Below are positions 27,192-36,245 of a stretch of DNA of 64,000 nucleotides, piece by piece; positions within the stretch are counted from its first letter, which is position 1; each line of letters starts with the position of its first letter. The position numbers were made by a program, and so were the translations under genes. The notes beneath the pieces were generated by a model. That model did not search any database. It saw nothing but the letters and a program-made list of their open reading frames with translations, and was not told the DNA's origin. The DNA comes from Candidatus Bipolaricaulota bacterium (GTDB lineage: Bacteria > Bipolaricaulota > Bipolaricaulia > RBG-16-55-9), in contig JALSGO010000083.1 in the NCBI GenBank assembly GCA_026982655.1, positions 30 to 64,029 on the forward strand, given 5' to 3'.

Positions 27192-28762
27192 CGAAGACGC
27201 ACCCCCGGATCGAGTGCAAGGAGCAAGAGAAGCGGCCAAAGCGCCGTAGCTGTCGCCCACGCTTCCCCGTCTACGGGGACATAGGCCCAGGGGAGCCGGG
27301 CGAAGAACTCCACCGCATATGTAAGCCCGGAGAGCCACAACCCTTCGAGCCTCCCCACGAGGGCGGCGACCGGAACCGGGACCGGGAAGAGGGCCAGCAC
27401 CAGGAGGAGCACCCCCAGCCAGAGGGCGACGGCCACCATGGGCACGACCACCCCGTTGGCCACCCAAGCCCCCACGTAGAGTCGCTGGAAGTGATAGGCG
27501 ATCACGGGGGCTACCGCCAGCTGCGCCGCCCCGGAGATCACCACCAGGTAGATGCCCTTCTCCAGGACCCAGAGCAGAAAGCGCTTCGGGAGGGGCAGGG
27601 GGCTTCGTGCCCCGCCTCCGCCCTCGCTCCCGCTCCCGCCCCGGAGCCTGCGGAACCGGCGCTGCAGGCGCGGGTGCGCCCACCCGAGCGCGAGCAGGAT
27701 GCCCGCAGTGGCAGCGAAGCTGAGCTGAAAGCTCACGTCGAAGAGCGCGGCGGGCGTCGTCCCCAAGATCACCAGGGCTGCGAGGCTCAACCCCTGGAGG
27801 GGATCGCTCCAGCGCCGCAGGATGAGGCCGCGCTCGGCCAGCACGGAGCCCAGGGCCACGAAGGCCAGCATCAGCGACGCCCGGACCAAGCTCACCTTGA
27901 AGCCCACCAGCGTCAGGTACAGCAGCGTCAGCGGCAGGAGTACCCCATAGGTGGCCGTAGCGGAGAGCCCCGCAGCCCGAAGGAGCCACCAGCCGAGTCC
28001 CAGCAGGATGCTGAGGTGCAGCCCCGAGACGGCGAGGACGTGCATCACCCCCGCGTCGCGAAAGCTCGCCTCCTGTTCGGGGGAGAGATGGGCCCGCTCC
28101 CCGAAGAGAAGCCCTTTGAGCAGTCCCCCTTCCTGCTCCGGGAGATGACGGTCGATGAGGTCGAAAAGCTCCCTTCGGGCTCGATCGCCCCACCGCAGCA
28201 GGGGGTGACCCCCTTCCCGCTCTAGGACCCGCAGCTGCCGCCCGCTCCAGAAGGTTCCCACGCCCCAGACGCCCCGCGTCTCGAGGTACGCGCGGTAGTC
28301 GAAGTCCTCGAACGTCCAGGGGACCTCGAAGTCGGCCTCCAGCTCGACGACGTCGCCGTACGCGACGGCCTTGGAGGCCCCCCGGGGGTGCCGATAGAAG
28401 ATCTGGAGCTGGCCGGGGAGGCCCTCGGGCCGGAGCCGGAAGCTCGTTCGGTCCGGGCGCTCCGTCGGGTAGCTCACGACCGTCCCGCGGACGCGGGCCA
28501 TCCCCTCCAAGAGGGGGTAGAGCCGCTCCACGGGGAGGCGGGTCTCGACGTACCCGAGCGCTCCTACGGCGGCCACGAGCCCGAGGAGCGCGCCGGACCA
28601 TCCCGGATGCCCCCGCAGGTAGAGGGCGGCCGTAAGCCCCAGGAGCCCGACCGCTGTGGCCCACAGAGCCACCGGCGGGACTACGGGCGAGAGCTCGCGG
28701 CCATAGGCGATCCCCAGCGCTCCGGCCAGCCCAAGGTACAGCAGAGGACACCGACGGGCCAT
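27077..28762 (-). CDS. comEC: ComEC/Rec2-family competence membrane protein (DUF4131 plus competence domain; no C-terminal metallo-beta-lactamase domain)
   Basis: Polytopic; HVLAVSGLHLSILLGLGWWLL ... competence-domain motifs. Start taken at MARRCPLL because the upstream part of the ORF is the shadow of the (AGCA)n repeat. 3' end overlaps the convergent rad52-like gene by about 115 nt. Confidence 0.7.
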   Translation of the reverse strand: MARRCPLLYLGLAGALGIAYGRELSPVVPPVALWATAVGLLGLTAALYLRGHPGWSGALLGLVAAVGALGYVETRLPVERLYPLLEGMARVRGTVVSYPTERPDRTSFRLRPEGLPGQLQIFYRHPRGASKAVAYGDVVELEADFEVPWTFEDFDYRAYLETRGVWGVGTFWSGRQLRVLEREGGHPLLRWGDRARRELFDLIDRHLPEQEGGLLKGLLFGERAHLSPEQEASFRDAGVMHVLAVSGLHLSILLGLGWWLLRAAGLSATATYGVLLPLTLLYLTLVGFKVSLVRASLMLAFVALGSVLAERGLILRRWSDPLQGLSLAALVILGTTPAALFDVSFQLSFAATAGILLALGWAHPRLQRRFRRLRGGSGSEGGGGARSPLPLPKRFLLWVLEKGIYLVVISGAAQLAVAPVIAYHFQRLYVGAWVANGVVVPMVAVALWLGVLLLVLALFPVPVPVAALVGRLEGLWLSGLTYAVEFFARLPWAYVPVDGEAWATATALWPLLLLLALDPGVRLRYFAWAISRISAAKASPSLVKRSIARLATLRGRSERRA

Positions 28763-28808
28763 CTCCCTTGGCCTCCCGGGGAGGACAACGTTATACTCGT
28801 TCGTGCCC

Positions 28809-28851
28809 TGTGCTACCTGTACCAGCTGTACTATGTACCATCTGTACCATC
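28809..28851. repeat. Four to five tandem copies of TGTACCA(TC/GC) (9-bp period) in the divergent comEC / binding-protein promoter region
   Basis: tgtgctacc tgtaccagc tgtacta tgtaccatc tgtaccatc read from sequence. Confidence 0.8.
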
Positions 28852-28910
28852 CCGGGCCCGGGCGAGCCAACGCCGGTTCGGTGCTTGCGCATACGGTGCA
28901 GGAAGCAAGG

Positions 28911-28940
28911 AGCAAGCAAGCAAGCAAGCAAACAAGCAAG
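28911..28940. repeat. Tetranucleotide microsatellite (AGCA)5-AACA-AGCA immediately upstream of the substrate-binding-protein RBS
   Basis: Read from sequence. Confidence 0.9.
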
Positions 28941-28951
28941 GAGGGAGAACG

Positions 28952-30565
28952 ATGGCTACGACCGCAAGGGATGTCGTCGTCCGGTGGGCACAGCGTGGGG
29001 GCCGTGCCCTGATCGTCGTGGGCCTAGGGGTCCTGGGGTTGCTGGGAGCCCTGGGGTGGGAGAGCGGGACGACGGCCGTTGGACAGGGTGCCTCCGAACT
29101 CGTCATCGGCGTGGCCAAGGACCAATATCGTCTCGAAGGGGACGCGGCCGCCTTGGGGGTTTACCCCTTGAACGCGAACATCACCGAGACGCTGGTGCGT
29201 CTCACCCCGGACTTCCAGATCATCCCCTGGCTAGCCACCTCGTGGGAGTACGTCGGGGAAAACACCTGGCGGTTCTCCCTGCGCCGGGGGGTCAAGTTCC
29301 ACAACGGGGACGAGATGGACGCCGAAGCCGTCAAGTGGTCGCTGGCCAAACAGCAGCGCTTCCAGCCCCTCTTCCCCGCGGGCGAGGAGAACATCCGCGT
29401 GGTGGACAAGTACACGATCGAGATCACGACCCGCTGGGACTTCCGCCGGGTGGTGGAGGCGCTCACCCACCCGAGCTACGCGATCTACTCACCCAAGGGC
29501 GACCCGGGGCGCAACCCCATCGGGACGGGGCCGTTCCGCCTGGTGGAGTACCGCCAGAACGAGGTCCTCGTCGTGGAGCGCTTCGCAGACTACTGGAACG
29601 CGGAGGAGGCCCCGCGGGTGGACCGCCTCGTCTTCCGCTTCGTCCCCGACGGTTCGACGCGTATCCTCGCGCTCCAGGCCGGCCAAGTCGACCTGATCGT
29701 GCCGGTCCCGCGCGAGAACGCCGCCGCGCTGGCTCAGCAGCCGGGCATCACCGTCTATCAAGCCCCTGCGAACGCTTACTACGCGCTCTACTTCGCCACC
29801 AAGGACCAAGTCCCACCCTATGATACCCTCACCGACCCTCGGGTGCGCAAGGCCGTCAACTACGCGATCGACCGGGAGACGATCGTCGAGCAGATCTACT
29901 CGGGCTTCGCCGAGGTGGCCAAGACCCTCACGCCGCCCGCCGTGCTCCCCGAAGTCGACGCCGGGGTAGAGGGCTTCTCGTTCTCCCCGGAGCGCGTGGC
30001 CGAGCTGCTCACGGAGGCGGGCTACACCCGCGGAGCCGACGGCTTCTGGGAGAAGGACGGCGAGCCGCTCGCCCTGACGCTGGTGTCGGGCTTCCCGCCC
30101 GCCAGCATCATCAAGCCCCTGCCGGAGGTCCTCCAGGCGATGCTCGAGGACCAGGGCATCCGGGTGCGCCTCGTCGAGTTCGACGACATCGGGGCCTACT
30201 ACGACTACGTCGACACCGGGGAGCTCCACATGGTCATCGAATCGGGCAGCTGGAACATGCCCGACCCCTCGTTCATCCCCTTCGGGCTCTTCTGCTCCTG
30301 CAACACCGAGGGGGAGGCCATCCTCTACCAGCGCTTCTGGATCAACGAGGCGTTCGAGCAAGAGGTCATGCGCATGGTCTCCGCCGAGGACCGGGCCGAG
30401 GTCGTAGAGGCCGCCGTCCGGGCCGCCCAGATCCTGGTCGACGAGTTCACGGGGGTGGGCCCGATCGCCTACATCCCGAACCTGATCGCCGCCCGCGATG
30501 AGGTCCAGGGGGTGGTCGTCCACCCGGCGGCCGTCCACCAGCGCTGGACGGGGATGGGCAAGTAA
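28952..30565 (+). CDS. ABC transporter substrate-binding protein, family 5 (Dpp/Opp/Nik-like)
   Basis: Signal sequence then the SBP_bac_5 pattern (...IPWLATSWEYVGENTWRFSLRRGVKFHNGDEMDAEAVKWSL...); AAGGAGGGAG RBS. Confidence 0.85.
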   Translation: MATTARDVVVRWAQRGGRALIVVGLGVLGLLGALGWESGTTAVGQGASELVIGVAKDQYRLEGDAAALGVYPLNANITETLVRLTPDFQIIPWLATSWEYVGENTWRFSLRRGVKFHNGDEMDAEAVKWSLAKQQRFQPLFPAGEENIRVVDKYTIEITTRWDFRRVVEALTHPSYAIYSPKGDPGRNPIGTGPFRLVEYRQNEVLVVERFADYWNAEEAPRVDRLVFRFVPDGSTRILALQAGQVDLIVPVPRENAAALAQQPGITVYQAPANAYYALYFATKDQVPPYDTLTDPRVRKAVNYAIDRETIVEQIYSGFAEVAKTLTPPAVLPEVDAGVEGFSFSPERVAELLTEAGYTRGADGFWEKDGEPLALTLVSGFPPASIIKPLPEVLQAMLEDQGIRVRLVEFDDIGAYYDYVDTGELHMVIESGSWNMPDPSFIPFGLFCSCNTEGEAILYQRFWINEAFEQEVMRMVSAEDRAEVVEAAVRAAQILVDEFTGVGPIAYIPNLIAARDEVQGVVVHPAAVHQRWTGMGK

Positions 30566-30651
30566 CCCGGGCGGCAAACGCAAAGCGCGCAAGGCTTGCG
30601 TGAGGCTCCGGGGGACGAGGGACAGTCCGGAGGGGCAGGAGGGCGAACGGC

Positions 30652-31584
30652 GTGTTGCGCTATCTCGCCTCGCGTCTGGTGCAGCTGGGGGTCGTCTTGT
30701 TCGCCATCACGGTACTGAGCTTCGCCCTCCTGCACCTGGCCCCCGGCGACCCGGCCCAGATCCTCCTACGCAACCAGGGGGCGCTGCTCACCCAGACGAC
30801 CGTCGAGAAGATGCGGGCGGAGCTGGGGCTGGATCAGCCCCTTCCCGTGCAGTATTGGAGGTGGTTGAGGGGCGCCGTGCGCTTGGATTTCGGGGTCTCT
30901 TTCCGGACGGGGCAACCCGTCGCCGAGCTGCTCCTCGGGCGCTTGGGGGCGACGGTGGAGCTGGCCGCGGCGGCGTTGGTCCTGGCCCTGCTGTGGTCGG
31001 TGCCCTTGGGCATCCTCGCCGCCGTCTATCGGGACACCCTCCTCGACCACGCGAGCCGTCTGCTCGCGCTGGTAGGGGCGTCCATGCCCAGCTTTTGGCT
31101 TGGACTTCTGCTCATCTACGCCTTCGCCGTCCAATTGGGTTGGTTTCCCGTCCTGGGCCGGGGGTCGCTGGCCCACCTGGTGCTCCCTGCGATCACCCTT
31201 GCGTTGAGCTTGGCCCCCGTCTACATGCGCCTGATCCGGGCGAACCTCTGCGATGCGCTGCGGGAAGACTACATCCGGACCGCGCGGGCCAAAGGGGCCT
31301 CCGAGCGGCGGGTGATCCTGCGCCACGGGCTGCGGACGGCCCTCATCCCCGTGGTCACCCTCTTCGGGATGACGCTGGCCCACTTGTTGGGCGGCACCGT
31401 CGTGGTCGAGACGATCTTCGCTTGGCCGGGGATTGGCCAGCTCGCCGTCGAGGCGATCCTGAACCGAGACTTTCCCGTTGTCCAGGCCTTTGTGCTGCTC
31501 CTGTCCCTCGCCTTCGCGCTGGCCAACCTGGCCGTCGACCTCTTCTACGTCTTGCTGGACCCGCGGATCCGAGTGGAGGGATAG
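30652..31584 (+). CDS. ABC transporter permease (DppB/OppB-like)
   Basis: Six TM helices, BPD_transp_1 EAA-like loop (RTARAKGASERRVILRHGLR). Confidence 0.9.
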   Translation: MLRYLASRLVQLGVVLFAITVLSFALLHLAPGDPAQILLRNQGALLTQTTVEKMRAELGLDQPLPVQYWRWLRGAVRLDFGVSFRTGQPVAELLLGRLGATVELAAAALVLALLWSVPLGILAAVYRDTLLDHASRLLALVGASMPSFWLGLLLIYAFAVQLGWFPVLGRGSLAHLVLPAITLALSLAPVYMRLIRANLCDALREDYIRTARAKGASERRVILRHGLRTALIPVVTLFGMTLAHLLGGTVVVETIFAWPGIGQLAVEAILNRDFPVVQAFVLLLSLAFALANLAVDLFYVLLDPRIRVEG

Positions 31585-31587
31585 GGC

Positions 31588-32415
31588 GTGTGGAGACGGC
31601 TTCGGAGGGATCGGCTGGCCTGGGTGGGGCTCCTCCTCCTTGGGGGCATCGGCGCCGCGGCCCTGTTCGCCCCGTGGCTGACGGACCGGGATCCCCTCGA
31701 GACCGACTTCCTCCGGCGCTTCGAGCCGCCGAGCCGGGAGCACCCCTTGGGCACCGACCAGCTGGGGAGGGATCTGCTCGCCCGCTTGCTCTACGGCGCC
31801 CGCTACACCCTGGGGGCGGGCTTGGCGGCCTTGGTCCTCATCCTTACGGTGGGCACGGCGGTCGGCTTGGGGGCCGGACTCGTGGGAGGGCGCGTGGACG
31901 CCTTTCTGATGCGGATTGTGGACGTCCTGCTCGCCTTCCCCGGACTGATCTTGGCGTTGGCGATCGTCGGAATGCTGGGGCCCAGCTTGGGCAACGTGCT
32001 GATCGGAATCGCGGCCGTAAGCTGGGCTTCGTACGCTCGGGTGGTGCGGGGGTTGGTGCTCAGCCTGCGGGAACGGGAGTTCGTCGAAGCCGCCCGCGCC
32101 TTGGGCGCCCCTCGCCTCTGGGTGGCGCGACGGCACATCCTGCCCCATGTGCTCCCGACGGTCGTGGTGCTGGCCAGCCTCGATCTGGGCAACCTGCTGT
32201 TGGCCATCTCGGCGCTCTCCTTCCTCGGCGTCGGCGCGCAGGCTCCCACCCCGGAGTGGGGACGCATGCTCAACGACGCGCGGGCCTTCCTCTGGCAGGC
32301 TCCCCACCTGATGCTCTTTCCCGGGTTGGCCCTCTTCTTGGTGGTGCTCGCCTGTAACTTCTTGGGGGACGGGCTGCGCGATCTGCTCGATCCGCACCTT
32401 CGACAAGGGAGCTGA
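31588..32415 (+). CDS. ABC transporter permease (DppC/OppC-like)
   Basis: GTG start 4 nt after the upstream stop; N-terminal OppC_N-like region, conserved permease loop. Confidence 0.9.
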   Translation: MWRRLRRDRLAWVGLLLLGGIGAAALFAPWLTDRDPLETDFLRRFEPPSREHPLGTDQLGRDLLARLLYGARYTLGAGLAALVLILTVGTAVGLGAGLVGGRVDAFLMRIVDVLLAFPGLILALAIVGMLGPSLGNVLIGIAAVSWASYARVVRGLVLSLREREFVEAARALGAPRLWVARRHILPHVLPTVVVLASLDLGNLLLAISALSFLGVGAQAPTPEWGRMLNDARAFLWQAPHLMLFPGLALFLVVLACNFLGDGLRDLLDPHLRQGS

Positions 32416-32439
32416 CGGATGCCGGATCCGTTCCCGCCC

Positions 32440-32468
32440 TTGACAACCCGGGTCGGTCGTGGTATCGT
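32440..32468 (+). promoter_or_regulatory. Sigma-70-type promoter TTGACA - 17 nt - TATCGT for the Rieske-copA-csoR operon
   Basis: Consensus -35 and spacing. Confidence 0.5.
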
Positions 32469-32478
32469 AGGATCGCCT

Positions 32479-32502
32479 TTCCCACCCCACCGGGGGTGGG
32501 AA
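32479..32502 (+). promoter_or_regulatory. Perfect palindrome TTCCCACCCC-accg-GGGGTGGGAA (CsoR-type operator candidate, site A) at about +1..+25 of the promoter
   Basis: 10-bp perfect inverted arms, 4-bp spacer; same motif found at three other promoters; csoR is in the downstream operon. Confidence 0.6.
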
Positions 32503-32530
32503 GAGCCCGAGGAAAGGGGAGGGATCTCTC

Positions 32531-33181
32531 GTGAAAGCGCGGAAGAAACGGCCCGAGGAGGAGCGGTGGGAACTCTCGCCGGAGGCGCGTCGACTGAGCC
32601 GGCGGAAGTTCCTGGCTCGCTTGGGCCTGGGCTCGCTGGTCCTCACGGCGGGAGGAGCGGTCAGCAGCATCGGCGCCTACATCCTGCCGAAGGTGAACTT
32701 TGAGCCCTCTCAAGCGTTTACCGCCGGGCGACCGGAGGACTACAACGTCGGGGACGTGCGGCTGATCGAATCCCAGGCCGTGTTCATCTTCCGCACGCCC
32801 TATGGCTTTCAGGCCGTCTCGGACATCTGCACCCACCTGGGGTGCGCCTATCAGCCGTACGGCCCGCCGGACGACGAGTACCCCCAGGTCCATGCCCATT
32901 GCCCCTGTCACGGGTCGGTCTTCGCGCGGGACGGGCGGGTGTTGCGGGCTCCCGCTCCTCGGCCCGTGCCCTTCTACTACATGACGATCAACCCATCGGG
33001 CTTGCTGGTGGTGGACAAGGGGGTCTACGATCCCACGGACGAGCTGAGCCGCCAGAGCGGCGAGGGGGTAGGGCACAACCTCTATCTCGACCCCGAGACG
33101 GGGCAGATGGTAGAGGGTCCGCTGCCCACCGGCGAGGACCTCCGGTTCGGAGCGATCCGAACCGAGCCCTCTCGAGGCTGA
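32531..33181 (+). CDS. Rieske [2Fe-2S] protein with Tat signal
   Basis: SRRKFLARLGLG twin-arginine; CTHLGC ... CPCHGS Rieske boxes; GTG start. Confidence 0.8.
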   Translation: MKARKKRPEEERWELSPEARRLSRRKFLARLGLGSLVLTAGGAVSSIGAYILPKVNFEPSQAFTAGRPEDYNVGDVRLIESQAVFIFRTPYGFQAVSDICTHLGCAYQPYGPPDDEYPQVHAHCPCHGSVFARDGRVLRAPAPRPVPFYYMTINPSGLLVVDKGVYDPTDELSRQSGEGVGHNLYLDPETGQMVEGPLPTGEDLRFGAIRTEPSRG

Positions 33182-33268
33182 AGCCCGCGGGTGCGGAACG
33201 GGCGTGGAATAGAGAGAACAAAGAAGGAAGGCAAAGAAAGAATCTCCCAACGATGGAGGTGCTGTTCG

Positions 33269-35848
33269 GTGCAGAGATCGCAGGCACAGGCGAGGACGGC
33301 GACGGAGAAACGGGAGCAAAGCTCCGCGGACACGCGTCTGGAGCTCCCCATCCGCGGGATGACGTGCGCTTCGTGCGTGGCCCGGGTCGAGCGGGCGCTC
33401 CAAGGCGCGCCCGGCGTCCGGGAGGCCCAGGTGAACTTCGCCGCGGAGCGCGCGTCCGTGGTGCTCAACCCGGAGGCGGGCTCCCCGGAAGCGCTGGTGG
33501 AGGCCGTCCGCGAGGCCGGCTATGAGGTCCCCACCGAGGCGCTCACCCTGCGGGTAAAGGGGATGACGTGCGCTTCGTGCGTGGCCCGGGTCGAGCGGGC
33601 GCTTCGCGAGGTCCCGGGAACCTTGAAGGCCGCGGTCAACTTCGCCGCGGAGACGGCCCAGATCGAGTACCTCCCCGGGGTGGCCTCGCCGCAGGACTAC
33701 CTCCAGGCCGTCCGGGACGCGGGCTACGAGGCCCAGCTCGCCGAGGAGGAGCGGGGCGAGGACGCGCTGGAGCGCCAGAGGCGGGAACACGAGGCCCATC
33801 TCAAGAAGCTCCGCCTTAAGATCGCCGTCGGTGCGATCATCAGCGTCCCCGTCTTCTTCGGCAGCTACCCCAAGCTCTTCCCCTGGGTGCCGGAGATCCT
33901 GCAGAACTTCTACGTGCTCTGGGCGCTGACCACCCCGGTGCAGTTCTGGGTCGGCTGGCAGTTCTACAAGGGGACCTGGGCGGCCTTAAAGCACAAGTCC
34001 GCGGACATGAACACGCTGATCGCCGTCGGCACCTCCGCGGCCTACCTCTACAGCGTGCTCCTCATCTTGTTCCCCCGGTTCTTCGAGGCCCAGGGGATCG
34101 CCCGGGAAGTGTACTTTGACACCTCGACGATCATCATCACCCTCATCCTGGTGGGGCGGTATCTCGAGGCCGTGGCCAAGGGACGCACCTCGGAGGCCAT
34201 CCGCAAGCTCATGGGGCTCCAAGCCAAGACGGCCCGCGTGGTCCGCGACGGGCGCGAGATCGAGATCCCCGTCGAGGAGGTCCAGGTCGGCGACATCGTG
34301 GTGGTGCGCCCCGGCGAGAAGGTGCCTGTAGACGGCGTGGTGATCGAGGGCTCCTCCGCGGTGGACGAGTCGATGGTCACGGGCGAGTCGATCCCCGTGG
34401 AGAAGGGCCCCGGCGACGAGGTGATCGGGGCGACGATCAACAAGACGGGGACCTTTACCTTCAAGGCGACCCGAGTGGGCAAGGACACCTTCCTGAGCCA
34501 GATCATCAAGCTGGTCGAGGAGGCCCAGGGCTCGAAGGCCCCCATCCAGCGCCTGGTCGACAAGGTGACGGGCGTCTTCGTCCCGGCGGTGATGCTCATC
34601 GCCTTGGGGACGTTCGTCGTGTGGTACTTCTTCGGGCCGCACCCCGCTTTGACCTATGCGCTGCTCAACGCCGTGTCGGTGCTGATCATTGCCTGCCCCT
34701 GCGCGCTGGGGCTGGCCACTCCGACGTCCATCATGGTGGGGATGGGCAAGGGGGCCGAGCACGGCATCTTGATTCGCAGCAGCGAGGCGCTCGAGCGGGC
34801 GGGCAAGATACAGACCATCGTCTTCGACAAGACGGGGACGCTCACCCGCGGAGAGCCCCAACTGACGGACATCCTCCCCGCGGAGGGCTTCACGGAGGCC
34901 GAGGTGCTCCGACTGGCGGCGGCCGCGGAGCGGCGGAGCGAGCACCCCCTGGGGGAGGCGATCGTCCGAGGCGCCGAGGAGCGGGGGTTGGACTTGGCCG
35001 AGCCGGAGGGCTTCCAGGCGATCCCGGGCCACGGCATCGAGGCCACGGTCGAGGGGCACCGGGTGCTGTTGGGCAACCGGCGGCTCATGGAACGGGAGGG
35101 CGTCGACGTGCGCGCCTTGCAGGCCCAACTGGAGCGACTGGCCGACGAGGGCAAGACCCCCATGATCGTGGCCGTCGACGGCCGGGCAGCCGGGGTGCTG
35201 GCCGTGGCCGACACCCTCAAGGAGGGCTCCCGAGAGGCGATCGAGGCGCTGCACCGGTTGGGCATCGAGGTGGCGATGATCACGGGCGACAACCGGCGCA
35301 CCGCCGAGGCGATCGCCCGCCAGGTGGGGATCGATCGGGTGCTGGCCGAGGTGCTCCCCCAGGACAAGGCCAAGGAGGTCAAGCGCCTCCAGCAGGAGGG
35401 CCGGGTGGTGGCCATGGTGGGCGACGGGATCAACGACGCGCCCGCGCTGGCCCAGGCCGACGTGGGGATCGCCCTGGGGACGGGGACGGACATCGCCATC
35501 GAGACGGCCGAGGTCATCCTGATCTCGGGCGACGTGCGCGGGGTGGTGACCGCCATCGCCCTCTCCCGGGCCACGATCCGCAACATCAAGCAGAACCTCT
35601 TCTGGGCCTTCTTCTACAACACGGCGCTCATCCCTGTGGCCGCCGGGGTGCTCTACCCGTTCACGGGCCTGTTGCTCAACCCCATCCTCGCCGCGGCGGC
35701 GATGGCCACCAGCTCCGTCTCCGTGGTGACGAACGCCCTGAGGCTGCGGCGGTTCCGCCCCCCGGTCGTCCAGGGACCGCCCGGCCCCTCGCGCGGGGAG
35801 CCGCGCCCCGACTCCGTCCCGGTCCCGGCGGCCGGAGCGGGCCGCTAG
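33269..35848 (+). CDS. copA: Copper-translocating P1B-type ATPase (CopA-like), two N-terminal HMA domains
   Basis: 2 x [15 protein letters not shown]; CPC in TM6; DKTGT; YN...MATSS Cu(I) signature; GDGINDAP. Start uncertain (GTG 33269 after GGAGG; the ORF opens at 33191). Confidence 0.85.
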   Translation: MQRSQAQARTATEKREQSSADTRLELPIRGMTCASCVARVERALQGAPGVREAQVNFAAERASVVLNPEAGSPEALVEAVREAGYEVPTEALTLRVKGMTCASCVARVERALREVPGTLKAAVNFAAETAQIEYLPGVASPQDYLQAVRDAGYEAQLAEEERGEDALERQRREHEAHLKKLRLKIAVGAIISVPVFFGSYPKLFPWVPEILQNFYVLWALTTPVQFWVGWQFYKGTWAALKHKSADMNTLIAVGTSAAYLYSVLLILFPRFFEAQGIAREVYFDTSTIIITLILVGRYLEAVAKGRTSEAIRKLMGLQAKTARVVRDGREIEIPVEEVQVGDIVVVRPGEKVPVDGVVIEGSSAVDESMVTGESIPVEKGPGDEVIGATINKTGTFTFKATRVGKDTFLSQIIKLVEEAQGSKAPIQRLVDKVTGVFVPAVMLIALGTFVVWYFFGPHPALTYALLNAVSVLIIACPCALGLATPTSIMVGMGKGAEHGILIRSSEALERAGKIQTIVFDKTGTLTRGEPQLTDILPAEGFTEAEVLRLAAAAERRSEHPLGEAIVRGAEERGLDLAEPEGFQAIPGHGIEATVEGHRVLLGNRRLMEREGVDVRALQAQLERLADEGKTPMIVAVDGRAAGVLAVADTLKEGSREAIEALHRLGIEVAMITGDNRRTAEAIARQVGIDRVLAEVLPQDKAKEVKRLQQEGRVVAMVGDGINDAPALAQADVGIALGTGTDIAIETAEVILISGDVRGVVTAIALSRATIRNIKQNLFWAFFYNTALIPVAAGVLYPFTGLLLNPILAAAAMATSSVSVVTNALRLRRFRPPVVQGPPGPSRGEPRPDSVPVPAAGAGR

Positions 35849-35923
35849 AGGGCAGAGCGGACGACCGTCGATCGCCCTTGCCCTCGCAACCACAACGAAG
35901 AAGAGAAGAGAGGAGAGGAGAGG

Positions 35924-36238
35924 ATGACCGAAGAACTACTGGTGTTGTTACAGCAGGGGAGCCTGGCGGCCCACCCGGAGGCGAAGCGCCACGCCCAGCG
36001 GCTCGTCCGCACCGTCATCGGCCACACCCAGGGCATCGAGCGGATGATCGAGGAAGAGCGATACTGCATCGACATCTTAAAGCAGATCGCCGCGGTGCAG
36101 GGGCTGCTGACCAAGCTGGCCCACACCGTAAGCGAAGCCCACATGAAACACTGCGTGCGACTGGCCATCGAGGAGGGCCACGGCGAGGAGGCCGTTGAAG
36201 AACTGATGGAGACGCTGAAATACCTGCGGAGCGTATAG
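35924..36238 (+). CDS. csoR: CsoR-family copper-sensing transcriptional repressor
   Basis: Strong similarity to M. tuberculosis CsoR across the core (GHTQGIERMIEEERYCIDILKQIAAVQGLL...HMKHCV), with the Cys/His/Cys Cu(I) ligand pattern conserved; GAGAGGAGAGG RBS. Confidence 0.85.
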   Translation: MTEELLVLLQQGSLAAHPEAKRHAQRLVRTVIGHTQGIERMIEEERYCIDILKQIAAVQGLLTKLAHTVSEAHMKHCVRLAIEEGHGEEAVEELMETLKYLRSV

Positions 36239-36245
36239 TTCCCCC

